A DNA stretch of 64,000 bases from Eledone cirrhosa (GCA_964016885.1 OZ024743.1:352470001-352534000); one strand, 5' to 3'; counted from the stretch's first letter, positions 48,900 through 62,782 are shown. Numbers and translations are program-made. Notes: generated from the sequence alone by a model not told the origin.

Positions 48900-49420
48900 T
48901 CCCCACAGCCCCAGAAGGCATTTCCCTGGAGGATGGTAAGGGAGATGCGCTGAAAGAGCCATTCCCACTCGCGAGGCTTATACCTGCGGCTGGTCAGCTC
49001 AGCGCCTATGGTGGTGAATAGGGAGGTAGCCCTAAGGCCAAGAACACCAGAAGTCTCAACTGCCAAGGGCACGACGGTGAACCTGTTGGAGAGCGACTGG
49101 TACTTGGAGAATTTGGCCTCCTCAGCTCGACGTGCAGCAGTACCTGGGTTAGTTGCAGACTGCACCAGGTTGCGGCTGGAAAAGGTGTTGCTGCAAGTGG
49201 CATCCCAGACGAGGGCTTTGCCACCGCGGAATGGGAAGATGGTCATACCGTCTGGCCTTTTGCCATCCCGTGAGTCCAGCCCCACTGGCTCGAGCTGGGA
49301 GGGGAAGCCTGCAACGTCCAAGCCATACTTTATGACCTCACTGAGGGCAGCACCGTGATGTGGAAGGCGGCCGGCACTGTGGCAATAGGAAAGCGGGTGG
49401 GGGCCGAAAGAGTCCACGGT
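48900..49420 (-). mobile_element. CRE-like LINE fragment (restriction-like endonuclease)
   Basis: HHGAALSEVIK..PSQLEPVGL..DGKRPDGMTIFPFRGGKALVWDATC..AEEAKFSKY..PLAVETSGVLG..LFQRISLTILQGNA. Confidence 0.75.
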
Positions 49421-50231
49421 GGATATTTTCCCATTATTATGCTGATATTTGGAACATAAAGATTCTTGTATAAAACTATGATGGAAGGGTTTTAAATGTT
49501 TTATACCTTCATTGGTTTTGCCGATGAGCATTCAAGTTATGTGATCAACAAAACAGCCTGCGCTGTGAAATTAATGTACAAGTGGCTGAGCATTCCTAAG
49601 ATACATGTAGTTGTCAGGGAGATTCAGTATGATACAATGAATGACAAGGCTAGCACTTTGAATTGTAATTATAATTAATTTTTTCCAGTTGAGCGAACTG
49701 GAGCAACATGAAATAGAGTGTCTTGCTTAAGGATACAACATGCTGCCAGAAATTGAAATTGTGACCTTACAATCATGAGTTGAATGGCCTTACCACTAAG
49801 CTACAAACTTTCACATAGGTAAATATAAACACTTTAAAAAAAAAAATAAACTGCTTTTTTTTATCAAAAAAGTTTTTAAAATCTGGTATCAAAAGGATTT
49901 ATAAAAATTAATTATTACATTAGCTTAATTAATTATTTTCTAACTTCAGAAAAATAGGTGATATTATACTCAAGTAGGGCAGTAAATTAGCAGTGTCATC
50001 AGAATGCCTGACAGAATGCTTTGTAGTATTTGTTCTGGCTCACTATGCTCTGAGTTCAAATCCTGCCAAGATCAAGTTTATCCTTCATTGTTCAGAGATC
50101 AATAAAAAAAAAAAAAGGACCAGTGTGGTACTGAGGCAAATTTTCCTCTATGTCTCTTTCTCACTTGTTCGTTTATGACTCCTTTTTTTTGCTTTCTGGA
50201 AGAAATCGGCTGTGTTCAGATCTATATATAT

Positions 50232-50500
50232 CATCATCATCATCATCATCGTTTAACGTCTATCTTCCACGCTAGCATGGGTTAGATGGGAGTTATCCCA
50301 ATTTGAGGCAAGATTGGTCGGGTGACTGTGTCTTGCTCGTATAGGACTATCTGGCAGGTTTTCTACAGCTGGATGCCCTTCCTAACACCAACCACATTTA
50401 CAGTGTGGACTGGGAACTTTTTACTGTGTTACCTACACGACCACATTACAGCGTAGACTGTGTGTTTTTTTGTTGTGACACCTACACGATCTCGATCTCA
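50232..50500 (-). mobile_element. SINE-A/RTE tail-related repeat
   Basis: (CAT)n-CGTTTAACGTC..CACGCTAGCATGGGTTAGA..CTACAGCTGGATGCCCTTCCTAACACCAACC; related to 17030-17155 (+). Confidence 0.7.
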
Positions 50501-50619
50501 TTATCTAATTTATTTGGACTGGATGTTGTGGTACCAACTTTACAGAGAAAGGGTGGTGTTGGTGGGAGTGGAAGGATGGAGTAGGGGTAGTGGATTGGGG
50601 TGTTTATTTGGTTAAGAGG

Positions 50620-51610
50620 TGCCTACTGACTGTAGGTTTCGCTTTGTACATAGGCAAGGCGGGTCTTCTGTATTACTTCGTGGTGCCAAAGATCTCGGTC
50701 CAGTGACATTGTCTTAGAGAAGTGCATCACGTGACCGTACCAACGTAGTCTTCTCTCAAGTAAACAGCATCTGATTCCTCTTATTCCTAATTTCTCATTT
50801 AGTTCATTTATGCTTTGCCGTTCACGTATATTACTATTACACATCCAATGGAGCATGCATGCTTCATTCCTTTCCAGTCTAAGCAAGTCCTCTGCACACA
50901 ATACCCATGTCTCACTGCCATGTAACATTGTTGTTCATATACAGGCATCATACAATCTGCCTTTCATTTTTAGAGAGAAACCTTTAGCGGCCAATAGTGG
51001 TATAAGCTCTCTGAACTTTTTCCATCCCGTTCTGACTTTGGCTACTGTACTTTCAGAGCACCCTCCACCACTGCTGATTTTGTCACCCAGGTAACGGAAA
51101 GTGTCCACTATTTCTATAGAACCATCTGGGCAATAGAAGGAACTAGTATCCTGTGGGCACTTGCTACTTATTGCACCTGAGTACCGGCCACATATAAAAT
51201 CTACATTCTTAGATAGCTTACCTGTGATCCCATTAGATCTTTTATGTACCCATAGTTTGCATTTGCGACATAAAATGGAATTTCTACCTACTCCTTTCCT
51301 ACACACTGAGCATGGCCATTTCCCAGAGGGCACCTGTGTCCTATTTTCCTTTCTACATACTAGACAAGTTAACTTTAAGGCCTTTTGATTCTAGGCCATG
51401 CTTCCATGTTTGGAATTTCTCCTCTAGTTCAGCCATAGATTCAGCTATAAGAGTTAGATCATCTGCTTATAGGAGTTCCCATGGACAGCCGGTCTTAAAC
51501 TCCTCTGTTATAGCCTGAAGGGCAATAATAAATAGGAGGGGATTAAGGACAGAGCCTTGATTGAACACCAACTTTTACACTAAATTCTTCACTATATTCA
51601 TTGTTAATTC
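50620..51610 (-). mobile_element. Degraded RTE LINE 3' half
   Basis: GKWPCSVCRKGVGRNSILC, FRYLGD, LHGSETW, RRLRWYGH. Confidence 0.85.
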
Positions 51611-51728
51611 TAACCTTACTGACTGTTTCTTTATACATGGCTTGTATATATATATATATATTATATATATAAATACATATATATGTGCATATTTAAAAGA
51701 AACCAAAGAACGCTTACATACTCAAACA

Positions 51729-51930
51729 GTTTTTATTTGCTTACAATGTTTCATCCATACTGTTTGGTAGGTATCCTCAGAGCTTAATAAACACAGTGCT
51801 GAGTATAAGCTGCACAGAGCCTAGTCACTCGAACAGTCGGAATGTGGAGCTTATACTCAGCACTGTGTTTATTAAGCTCTGAGGATTCCTACCAAACGGT
51901 ATGGATGAAACATTGTAAGCAAATAAAAAC
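51729..51930. repeat. Inverted repeat carrying two HHRs (51876-51920 +, 51739-51783 -)
   Basis: Arms 51729-51810 and 51848-51930; GCT-CTGAGGA-TTCCTACC-AAAC-GGTATGGAT-GAAA-CATTG-TA-AGC. Confidence 0.8.
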
Positions 51931-51973
51931 GAAGGCTGTTTGCTTGCAAACAAATCGAATATTACTATTATCA

Positions 51974-52088
51974 TCAAATCCCGCCGAGGTTAACTTTGCC
52001 TTTCATCTTTATGGGGTTGATAAAATAAAGTACCAGTAATGCACTGGGTAATTGCCAAAAAGTAGAAACAATTATTATTATTATTATA
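51974..52088 (+). mobile_element. SINE family B, 5'-truncated
   Basis: Matches 8440-8540. Confidence 0.8.
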
Positions 52089-52175
52089 GAAAACTCATAA
52101 ATACATTTATGTAACCCGCTATGTGGGCGCGAGAAATCAAATTGTAATTTATATATATATATATATATATATCTC

Positions 52176-52560
52176 ATCATCATCACCGTTTTACATCCGT
52201 TCTTCCACGCTAGCATGGGTTAGACGAGTTGTCCTGTTGTGGGCAGTGTCCGGTCGGCTGACCTTGTCTTGCTCATATGAGAACTGATTCTGGCTTGATT
52301 TCTACAGCTGGATGCCCTTCCTAACACCAACCTCATTTACAGTGAGTGCTGAGTGTTTTTTTGCCGTGGCACCTCCACGACCACTTTGCAGTGGAATGAT
52401 AGGGATCCCAGTCCTATCATCTCATTTCTACAGCTAAGTAAACTGGAGCAATGTGAAATAAAGTGTCTTGCTCAAGGAAACAACACATCACCTGGTCCAA
52501 GAATTGAACTCACAACCTTTCGATTGCAAGCCCAATGCTCTAACCACTAAGCGATGTGCT
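52176..52560 (-). mobile_element. SINE family A
   Basis: Reverse complement of 59903-60200, with an alternative tail. Confidence 0.85.
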
Positions 52561-52965
52561 GTATACAGGCTGTATGATGCATGCATATGTTGCATGTGAG
52601 ACCTGAGCGCTGGGTGCAGAAGACTTACATAGATTGGAAAGCAATGAAGCTTGCATGCTCCGATGGATGTGTAATAGTAATATACGTGAATGGCAAAGCA
52701 TAAATGTGCTGAGAGAGAAATTAGGTATAGGAGGAATCAGATGCAGTGTGCAAGAGAAAAGAATACATTAGTATGGACATGTGATGCTTATGAAGGATGG
52801 CAGCTGTATAAAAAGGTGCAGAGCATTCAGAGTCGATGGAAGCTGTGGAGTGGAGAGACCCAGGAAAACTTGGGACGAGGTGATAAAAGCTGACTTTGCT
52901 CAGTTGCACCTCCCAAAGGAATGAGATCTCTGGTGCTACGCAGTATTACAGAAAACCAGACTTCC
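52561..52965 (+). mobile_element. RTE LINE 3' fragment
   Basis: Similar to 46000-46400. Confidence 0.75.
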
Positions 52966-53439
52966 CACATATATATAAACCTGCTATGGTTATATAGCTT
53001 CTAATTGAATGGAAGGAGGCATGGGTGGCGTGTTGGTGTAATGGGAACACATTGGTCCAGCAAACCAAAGATATGGGTTCATGTCCCATGTATGTCAATA
53101 CTCATCCTTTTTTCCATTCAGAGAGTTTTTTAAAATCCCAACTAACAGACAAATTCTATTTAGTCAAATACAGCGTAAGCACATGTTACTACCTAATTTT
53201 CAAATTTTCTAGCCGTTTGTAAACAAAACCTGCTTTGTGTCTCCCTATATATATATATATATATGGAATAAAGTACCAGACACAGAGTGACGTAGTGGTG
53301 GAACAGCATAGTAGAGGCAACCATTAAAGCAAGGAGACAGGCATGGAAAGACTGGAAAAATGGGAGTAGCAGAGACTGTTACAAAGTAACTAACAAAGAA
53401 GCTAGGCAACAGGTATACACAGCTTGGAGAGAAGCTGAA

Positions 53440-55470
53440 GAAAGTAAGGTTGCCAATGCCTTGAGACATAAGGATCAGAGGTATGAAGTGTTCCGTATTG
53501 CAAGGCAGTGTATTAGTGTGAATCGAGATCTTATTGGTGAAAAAAGTGTTAGAAATGACACTGGTGTACTTAACACCACTGATGCCCAAACGAAAGAGTC
53601 CAGGAAATGGTACTATGAGAGACTGATGAATGTAGAGAATGAATGGGAGGAAGAGAAACTACCTCAACGTACCCAAAGGAAGGATCAGCTATTAAAGTTA
53701 ATAGTTTTAGAGTCAAAGATGCAATCAAGGAGATGAAAAATGGTAAAGCTGCAGCACCATCAGAAATAGTTGCTGAGATGCTAAAAGTATCAGGTGAGGT
53801 AAGAGTCAAAATAGTAACTCATATAGAAAATCAAATAATTGTTTCTACTTTAGGCACAAGGCCAGCAATTACCCAGTGTATTACTGGTACTTTATTTTAT
53901 CGACCCCGTAAGGATGAAAGGCAAAGTCAACCTCGGCGGGATTTGAACTCAGATCGTAAAGGGACGTAACTATGCTGGAAAGCATAGCGTCCGACCCTCT
54001 ACTGATACTGCCAATCCACCGACAGAGTCAAACCCAATGACTGGCGCAGCAGTACAATCAGGAATTGCTACAAGGGCAAAGGTGATGCTCTAGAAAGGAG
54101 CAACTATAGAGGAGTAAAACTAATGGACCAAGTTATGAAAGTGACCGAAAAAGTTATAGTGCAACTAATTAGGGAAAGAGTCAAAATAAATGAGATGCAG
54201 TTTGGTTTTATTCCTGGGAAAAGTATGACAGATGCCCTCTTCTTAGTGAGGCAACTGCAAGAGAAGTTCCTAGCCAAAAATAAATCACTATATTTAGATT
54301 TTGTTGAACTAGAGAAGGCCTTTGACAGAGTACCTTGATTTATTATGTGGTGGTCCTTAAGGAAATTTGGTGTAGAAGAATGGTTTGTAAAAGCAGTGCA
54401 AGCTATGTACAGAGGAGCTGTCAGTAAAGTGACAGTAAGAAATGAGTTTAGCGAGGAATTCTAGGTACAGGTAAGAGTTCATCAATGTTCAGTTCTTAGC
54501 CCACTGGTATTCACCATAGTTCTTCAGGCCATAAGAGAGAAGTATAAAACGGGCTGCCCATGGGAGCTTCTCTATGCATTTGGTCCTTATAGTTAAAACC
54601 AAAAAAAGAGTTAGAAAATAAATTCCAATTATGGAAACTGAATTTGGAAATAAAATGGTCTGAAAGTAAACTTAGCTAAAACTAAAGTGCTGGTGATTAG
54701 GAGAGAAAACAGGACCCACATTTCCTTAGGGAAATGGCCATGTTCAATGTGCAGAAAAGGAGTAGGCATAAACTCCATACAATGTACTCAATGTAAATCT
54801 TGGGTACACAAAAGATGTAGTGGGATAATGAATAGGCTAACAAGAAGGGAGAGCTTTGCAGAAGATTCTTGGGAGAAATCGAGAGGAAGACTGCTAATGA
54901 TATAAACCTTTTCCAGTCACAGGAAGAATCCATAGACAGCGTTGATAGCTTCTGCTATCTAGGTAACCTAATTAGCAGTGGCGGAGGGTGCACTGAGAGT
55001 ATAATAGCTAGAATAAGGATTGGATGAAAGAAGTTTAGAGAACTGCTCCCACTGCTAATAACAAAAGGTTTCTCCCTACATACAGCTGTATGATTGCGGT
55101 GCGCGATGCTGCATGGTAGTGAAACATGGGCTGTGATCACAGATGACATGAATAGACTTGAGAAAAAGGAAGCAACCATGTTTCATTGGATGTATAATGT
55201 AAATGTGAGAGAAAGGCAGAGCTGAGAGAGAAGCTGGGCTTAAGGGATCTGAGATGGTGTGCAAGAGAGAAGACTGTGATGGACATGAACAATGACCGAT
55301 GGGTAAAGAAATACCAGAAAACCCCAATGGAAGGGAGCCGTAATAGAGGACGACCAAGAAAGATCTGGGCAGATGTTGGGAGAGCGGATCTGAAATCACT
55401 AAGCCTGGCAGAGGAAATGACAAAGGAACGCAACAAGTGGAGAGATGCATGGGTTAAACGAGGTTTCTGA
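53440..55470 (+). mobile_element. Degraded RTE LINE interrupted by a family B SINE (53840-54020, -)
   Basis: MQFGFIPGKSMTDALFLVRQLQEK, FVELEKAFDRVP, GKWPCSMC, GRPRKIW. Confidence 0.85.
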
Positions 55471-57247
55471 TTGGCATATATATACATATACTTACACACA
55501 CACACATATATATACATATACTTACACACACACATATATATATAATTTATTCATATAAACCACCGAATAAATTTTGTAACCTCTGTCTTCTAGAGACCTG
55601 TACTATAATCTTTTCGAAACTAAACCTCCTAAATAAAAAGTCAGAGATGTTTTCCTCATGCCAGCACCACTACCGACACTCATTCCATAGCTTTAAACCT
55701 AGCTGCTGGTATATAACAATGTCAGATTTGAGTTCCTCACCACCATTAACACTTCACCTCTTAGACTTTTCTTCCCCCACAGCATCACTCTTTGATCTGC
55801 TCTTTCCTCTACACAAATCCTATTCATCTCAAACATTATACTCTACAATAACTATTAGAAATATACATATAGTCACCACCTTTTAATATAAATACTTTAG
55901 ATTACTTATAATATATACAGTAATTGATATATAATATGTCTAGACATTAAATGTAATACGTGACAATGAATTATATATACATTTATAATTAAATGTATAA
56001 ATTAATAACAGTGTATATAACGGATTAAATTATTAACATGTAAACAGCTATACATTATTCCATATCTTGCCTAATATTGGGTAGATAACAATCTAATGAA
56101 ACCTTTAATATATTAAGAGAGAGTAGACTGTATTAAAAATTAAATATAAATATATAACATTATGTAAAAGGGATTCAATTGTGACACTATATAATGTCTA
56201 TTAGAGCAAAGAATGTTAATAGTTTAATGAGCTAGTTACCTCACCTTAATTTTTAAACTTTTTTTTTTTATCTCATATCCACTTCCGGATATTAAACCGT
56301 TGGAAAATCTCGCTGTAGAACAACTCTAATCCATGAATATGAATACAATAAGACCAAGTTACAATCCATTACTTATAACTAACTAAAAACATTCACTAAA
56401 ATATAAGTTAACATATGTAATGGATGGGAAATCAGTAACTTTCATATTCTCCACACATACAAATTTGAACTCTACAGAAACTATCATCGCATTACATCCT
56501 CCATAATACACTAGCATATTCGTTTAAAGTACTTGTATTTTATGTAATACCTTGCCACACAATATTCATATATACCTAATACCTGTGCTTGTTTCCTTCT
56601 CATAAATATGACTAACGCATGTGCAATCTCTACACGCTTGAATATGTACTTCTTTCTCAATGCCTCTTTAATTATTAGATTATTCTCTTGTATTATCTGT
56701 CGCATGTGTAGCAGGAGTTGCCTCCCTTGTTGTGACACTCACATCCCCAATAGATTAACGCTCTCTAGACAGGAAGTAGAACCCTTTCTGTAACTTCCGG
56801 TCAGAACCCTATAAATCTAACAACATTAAGCTACCTAACTCTCATTTGCCTTTTCGGTCAGGCGCCTCCTGGCCTTCGCCAGGAGTCTTCACTCAGGCGT
56901 GTGTAACCCTGGCAACCAAGCGGTAACTCATAACTTTGTTTCATTCTCTCATCTATTCATTGATATGTCAACTATACTGTTCTATATATCCACAAATTGT
57001 TAATTAAATATTATACACACAAACCACGTCTCCTTGTTACATTCATACACACTAGTATTTCGCTATACATGTATTCCACTCTGTGCTTTTAATTTTAATT
57101 TGAATTATTGTACAATTCTCGTATAATATATGTCGCATCCATTTCACCCTGTATATACGAAACTGTTGTTCACAACATCAATATATATGTATCTATATAA
57201 TTGTTCAGTTGAATAGGAGGTTAATTATATGTACAAACATTGATAAT

Positions 57248-57292
57248 GCTCCGATGACTCCAAACTAAAGTTTGGAAGAAATAATTGTCAGC
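57248..57292 (+). ncRNA. Degenerate type I HHR (U4 to C change)
   Basis: GCT-CCGATGA-(C)TCCAAAC-TAAA-GTTTGGA(A)-GAAA-TAATTG-TC-AGC. Confidence 0.5.
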
Positions 57293-57759
57293 GATTAAAT
57301 GATTTGAACATAACTTTGATACTTGTGTAATTTATATATATATATGTATATATATACACACACATATCACCAAATATATACATACACATTTTCCACACTG
57401 GTATGGATTAGACGAATTGTCCCATTTGAGACAAGTCAGGTGACCGTGTCTTGCTCATACACAGCTGTTTCTAGTTTGGTTTCTATGGCTGCATGCCTTT
57501 CATAATGCCAACTACACATACTGTGTGTGCTGGGTGTTTTTTGTCATGACATCCCATGACCACTTTACATTGTGGGCTGGGGTCTTTTTGAGGTGATGGC
57601 AACATGACTATTTTAATGCGTGGACTTGTGGCTAGGGTGGCAGTTGTAAAGGTGAAGAGTGTGGTGTTAGGACATGGGAGGTGTATGGAATGGGGGTGGG
57701 GAGGATAGGGCTAATGTGGTGTATACAAGATGTATGTTTCAACCCGTGCATGTGGAAAG

Positions 57760-58065
57760 ATGGGTCTTCTGTATTATTGCATAATGTCAAAGATCTCGAT
57801 CCTGTGCCATTGCCAGTTGTTATCATTTAATCCCAAATCTTCCTACTCCATAGATTCCATCAACTCTGCACCTTTTTATACAGCTGTCATCCTTTATATG
57901 CATCACATTGCCATACCAACACAATCTTCTCTCCTGCACACTGTATCTGATCCCTATTATGCCCAGGCTATCTCTCAGTTGATTTACACATTGCTGTTCA
58001 TGTATATTACTATTACATTCATTGGAACTTGCAGGTTTCATATCTTTCCAATCTTCGTAAGTCCT
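57760..58065 (-). mobile_element. RTE LINE 3' fragment
   Basis: VQERRLCWYGNVMHIKDDSCIKRC. Confidence 0.7.
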
Positions 58066-58084
58066 CTAATAACATTTTCTGATT

Positions 58085-58282
58085 AAGGCACAAGACCAGC
58101 AATTTTGGGGGAGGAGAAAGTCGATTAAATTGACCCTAGTGCGTTACTGGTACTTTATTTTGTCGACCCTGTAAGGTTGAAAGGCAATGCTAACCTCGGC
58201 GGGATTTGAACTCAGGACGTAAAGGGCTGTACCTCAATACCACAAAGCATGATGTCTGACGCTCTACCGATACTACCAATCC
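58085..58282 (-). mobile_element. SINE family B
   Basis: ACTGGTACTTTATTTTGTCGACCC...GGATTTGAACTCAG. Confidence 0.75.
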
Positions 58283-59281
58283 TCTAATAATGAAGAAAGT
58301 TGTTAGCAGAAATTGCTGTTACTGAGATAAAGCAAAAAATAGAGGAAGCACTCATCAATGATATTGTCACATTCTTTATAACACATTACAGATCAGGGTT
58401 ATTTTAATGGCTGAAACTAGGGTAGGGGCAATTATTAATCAGCAAAATGATTGATTAATTTTATTGATTGATCACTGGGGTTGAAAAGTCAAAATCTCAA
58501 ATATATTTAGATTTCAAATCTCAAATATTTTCATTTCCCCAAAACATGTTGACCATATATATTAGCATGGTGGTGGTGATGGTGATGGTGGGGCTATTTT
58601 TAATATGGAAAGGAGAGTATGGAGAGGTCATATTTTTCCATTTTATTTCAATTTAATTTCATTTAAATGTCATTGAAATTGTTGTCCAAAAACTTCCCAG
58701 GATGTTGTTTCCATATATTTACAAATACACACAGACGTAGAAAGTCTAAATCCAAGTGTATAGATAAGAATATATTCATATACATACATATGTTTAGTTG
58801 ATTTGTAAACACAACACAAATATTTTATGCATAAGTACATGCATTCATTAATAACATCATCAACATCATACCCCAAAATGTGTAGTTGATTTGTAAAAAT
58901 ACACACATAAACACACATACCCATATATTTATATGTATATATTTGATGTATGTAGATAATGGATGCATTCATATACATACAAATATGTTCAAATTTGAAA
59001 ACACACATGTATTTTGTGCATAAAGATTTATAAACACACACACACATTCATAAGCATAAATTTACACATATGAACATATCTACTCATAGGCATTCACTTT
59101 ATTTATAAACACATACATACATGTTAGATAGTCTTGTAGCTGCTGAAGACATGGCTAAGTTGGCAGCACCACTTGGTGTGCGAAATGAGTTGACGTTTGA
59201 AGAAACTTACTTGCCCCCCTCCTGTATACACACTTCAACACCATTCTAAAAGTATGTATAAATTTTTGGGGGACACCCTGT

Positions 59282-59349
<68 letters not shown>

Positions 59350-59588
59350 TTTAGTACAGCATTAACGAAGCTTTAGTTTGTGGCCAAGCTAACGAATGCA
59401 AATTCGGTCTGTAGCTTTAGCACTCAGATGGGGAAAAGTACCCCAGAGTAATAACAATACGTTTAGACAGCTTCGCAAATCAAATATAGCGATCGGCAGT
59501 CCAGCTGCATCACCAGAGCAACGAAAGTACAGGACTCAATATATATATATTGGAAAATGTGTCAAATCCTTGGTACAGTTAGGTATAT

Positions 59589-59862
59589 TTAAAAAAAGGA
59601 AAAGAATGACTTCACTTGTACTTCTAAACAATTTCATTTAATTTTTATAATATTATAATTTTACAATTTGGTTTGGTAGATCTAGTAAGTTCTTGTTTGA
59701 CAATTGCCACCAACGAATGCGAGAAAGTTCTCCAAGAAAGTTAACCAGGAATCTTTAAAAAATCTCCCCTCCAAAGTTAACAAAAAACTTGCTAGATCTA
59801 CCAATAAAATTAAATTAAATTGCTAAGAACTACAAGTGAAGTCATTCTTTTCCTTTTTTAAA
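59589..59862. repeat. Imperfect inverted repeat
   Basis: AAAAGGAAAAGAATGACTTCACTTGTA...GGTAGATCTAG pairs with CTAGATCTACC...TACAAGTGAAGTCATTCTTTTCCTTTT. Confidence 0.75.
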
Positions 59863-59902
59863 GTATATATACATATATAATATATATACATATATATACA
59901 TA

Positions 59903-60200
59903 TGGAGGCACATGGCTTAGTGGTTAGAGCATTGGCCTTGCAATCGAAAGGTTGTGAGTTCAATTCTCAGACCGGGTGATGTGTTGTTTCCTTGAGCAAG
60001 AAACTTTATTTCACATTGCTCCAGTTTACTCAGCTGTAGAAATGAGATGATAGGGACTGGAGTCCCTATTATTCTACTGCAAAGTGGTCATGTAGGTGCC
60101 ACGGCAAAAACCACCCAGCACTCACTGTAAATGAGGTTGGTGTTAGGAAGGGCATCTAGCTGTAGAAATCAAGCAGGGAAAAGTGGACGTAAAATGATGA
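59903..60200 (+). mobile_element. tRNA-derived SINE family A (CORE-like middle, RTE-like tail) in (TA)n
   Basis: A-box TGGCTTAGTGG, B-box GAGTTCAATTC, CCTTGAGCAAG segment, tail GGACGTAAAATGATGA. Confidence 0.85.
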
Positions 60201-60664
60201 TATATATATATATATATACATACACACACATATATAATGTATAAAATGAATACACATTTCTAAGTTGTTTAGTTTGATAGATTTAGGTAGGAATGATGTA
60301 GAATAGAGCTGAGCCAGCTACAGCAAAGTGGTTTATATATATATATATATACTCTCTATAAATACATCTATATATACACTCAGGCATTTGCACGCATAAA
60401 TATATGTAAATTTACATATACATAGAATAAATAAACATGCATATTTACCTTAAATGTTTACACAGAGAAAACTGAAGAGAGGTGGAGAGAGAGAGACTAT
60501 AAGGAACAAAAGAGAGGAAGGAATATATATATATATATGCATGTGTGAACGTGACCTGGGCATTACGTTCAGCAGCGATTTGCGCTGGATGAAGCACGTC
60601 TCTAAAAGACAGCCGAGGGTGTCTTAGCATCACTCAGCAAGACCTTTGTCAGCCGCTCTCCAAC

Positions 60665-61240
60665 TATCTATTTAAAGCTGTACATAGCTATGGTGCGGCC
60701 ACACTTAGAATTTGCATCACCAGTCTAGAACCCCTATCTTGCTCAGAACATTGACTGCCTGGAAACTGTTCAGAGACGTGCAACCCTCCATCTACCATAC
60801 TCTGAATGCCTTGGATACTCCAACGTCTGACAACTGAGTTGTTAAACACCCCCAAAATTATTAACCATCTTAACCAACAACAACCCTGCGTACCCTTTTT
60901 GATTTCCATGTGTCTAACACACGTGGGCATGCCCAAAAAGTCAGAAAACAGCACAGTTCCCATGACTTTCGGAAACATTTTTTCACGCTCAGAGTTGCTG
61001 AAACATGGAACATGAAACTACCTGCATCAGTTATTAGCTGTCGAGACACTGCATCCTTTAAAACCTCCATGCTTCCTGAGATTCGCCAACACCAATATTC
61101 CCTCTCCATACACACATGTATATCATGACTCATACACTATTCACTTCCCTGACATTTGTATATTATTCTATGTACTATACATGCACCTTAGACGAGCTGT
61201 AGTGCACCTGAGCACTTTACACAATAATTTCATTCATTAA
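60665..61240 (+). mobile_element. CR1-like LINE 3' fragment
   Basis: YIAMVRPHLEFASPV*NPY..IDCLETVQRRAT and NTRGHAQKV..RKHFFTLRVAETWN..LPASV. Confidence 0.75.
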
Positions 61241-62490
61241 TTACACATATATGCTCACAAACACATTAATTCAAATGTACAGCAGTACATGCATACACAT
61301 ACAATTAATCATACAGTTACATATATCAGTATATACACATGCACACACAACAGCAGTATACATATATATATATATTCATCTACACATATACTCAGAGACT
61401 GCAGTACACACACATACATTAACAGAATATTATTCTGTTTAAAAAAGTTTCATGAAAACTTTGAGAGAGAGAGAGAGAGAGCTACAGATGTTAGGTTCCA
61501 AAGGTCGTAATTTTAAAAGGCTGCAGCAATATTGTTGTGCTGAGTTGTTATTGTGTGTAGGGTAGTAAACATGCCAAATGTTCCCAATATCAACAATAAG
61601 AGAGACAAATAGAACAGTGTGGGTTCCAGTAAACCAAAATGTGCTAAATTTCGAAACCTACAAAGCACAGTGGGTCCACTTGCCCTGCCCAATGTCAAAC
61701 TATCATAAATTTCTGTAAATCTAAGGCATCAATGGATGACCGTGTAAAATATATTTGGACTAAACAACCTTAATATTCTTCCTAATATTATTTCAATTAG
61801 TTTTTTATATGTAATGTTTTTAATTGTAACAACTATTTTTTTCCCTTGAATAAAGAGCATAAATATTTTATAAACATTTTATAAAATACTTCTATAAAGC
61901 TGTGCTAAATTTCAGTCAAAGTATGTGAAAAATATGTTCACACTAAAACATTCTAAATTACTTGTCTGTCATGGGTACTTGAAAAGTGAGAAGATATTTT
62001 CTAAGTTCCAACATAAGAGAGAGAGCAAGAAAGAGAGAGATGGGAGGGGGGGGGGGGGGCTGAAAAGAAAGGATTGATGTTGAAAAAATGAAGGTGGCGT
62101 TTACATGAAACTGAATAAGTTTATTAAAACAATACAACATAAGTAGGGTTTCTCAATGAAGAGAAGATGAAGAAAGATAACAATAAAAGAAGAAATGAGA
62201 TGAGAACCAAGCAAAATAGGTTTGTAATGGTGACAGTGTATACATTAGCACCATTTTGTGTTTTTTCTATTTTTGTTTTCCAACATTTTTTGTTTTATTT
62301 ATATCTATTTGTATGTTTGTGTGTAAGAGGCAGGGGCATGTTGGTGTTTCAATGTATATGTATAGATTTGTGCATATAAATATGTATGAGTATTTATATA
62401 TATGCATGTATGTATATGTATATATAATATATATATATGTATTATTGAGGGACATGAGAAAAAGTATTCAATATCAAAGTAGAGTTTAAA

Positions 62491-62651
62491 ATATTCATTT
62501 AATTGCTATGTGGTGAGCCCTGTTTCTCTGGAGTTTCCCCCTATACACTCACAATCATCAGACAAGACCCTTGTTTTGTCTGATGATCCTGTGAGTGTGT
62601 AGATGACACTCCAGAGTAACAAGGCTCACCACTTAATGATTAAATGAATAT
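62491..62651. repeat. Hairpin made of two decayed HHR-bearing pseudo-LTR ends
   Basis: Plus arm TTGT-CTGATGA...GACA-CTCCAGAG-TA-ACAA. The minus arm keeps GAAA but has lost U16.1. Confidence 0.65.
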
Positions 62652-62707
62652 ATATATATATATATCTATATACACATATACATATATATATACATATATA
62701 CATATAC

Positions 62708-62782
<75 letters not shown>

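Noticed and set aside
55950-57180. Possible solo LTR (TG...CA, AT-rich)
   Set aside because: No consistent ends with a target-site duplication and no PBS or PPT.
59139-59200. CTGAAGA...GAAA motif
   Set aside because: No stem I pairing; it lies next to a mariner-like remnant.
59903-59975. tRNA gene
   Set aside because: A and B boxes are present but continue into a SINE body and no full cloverleaf forms.
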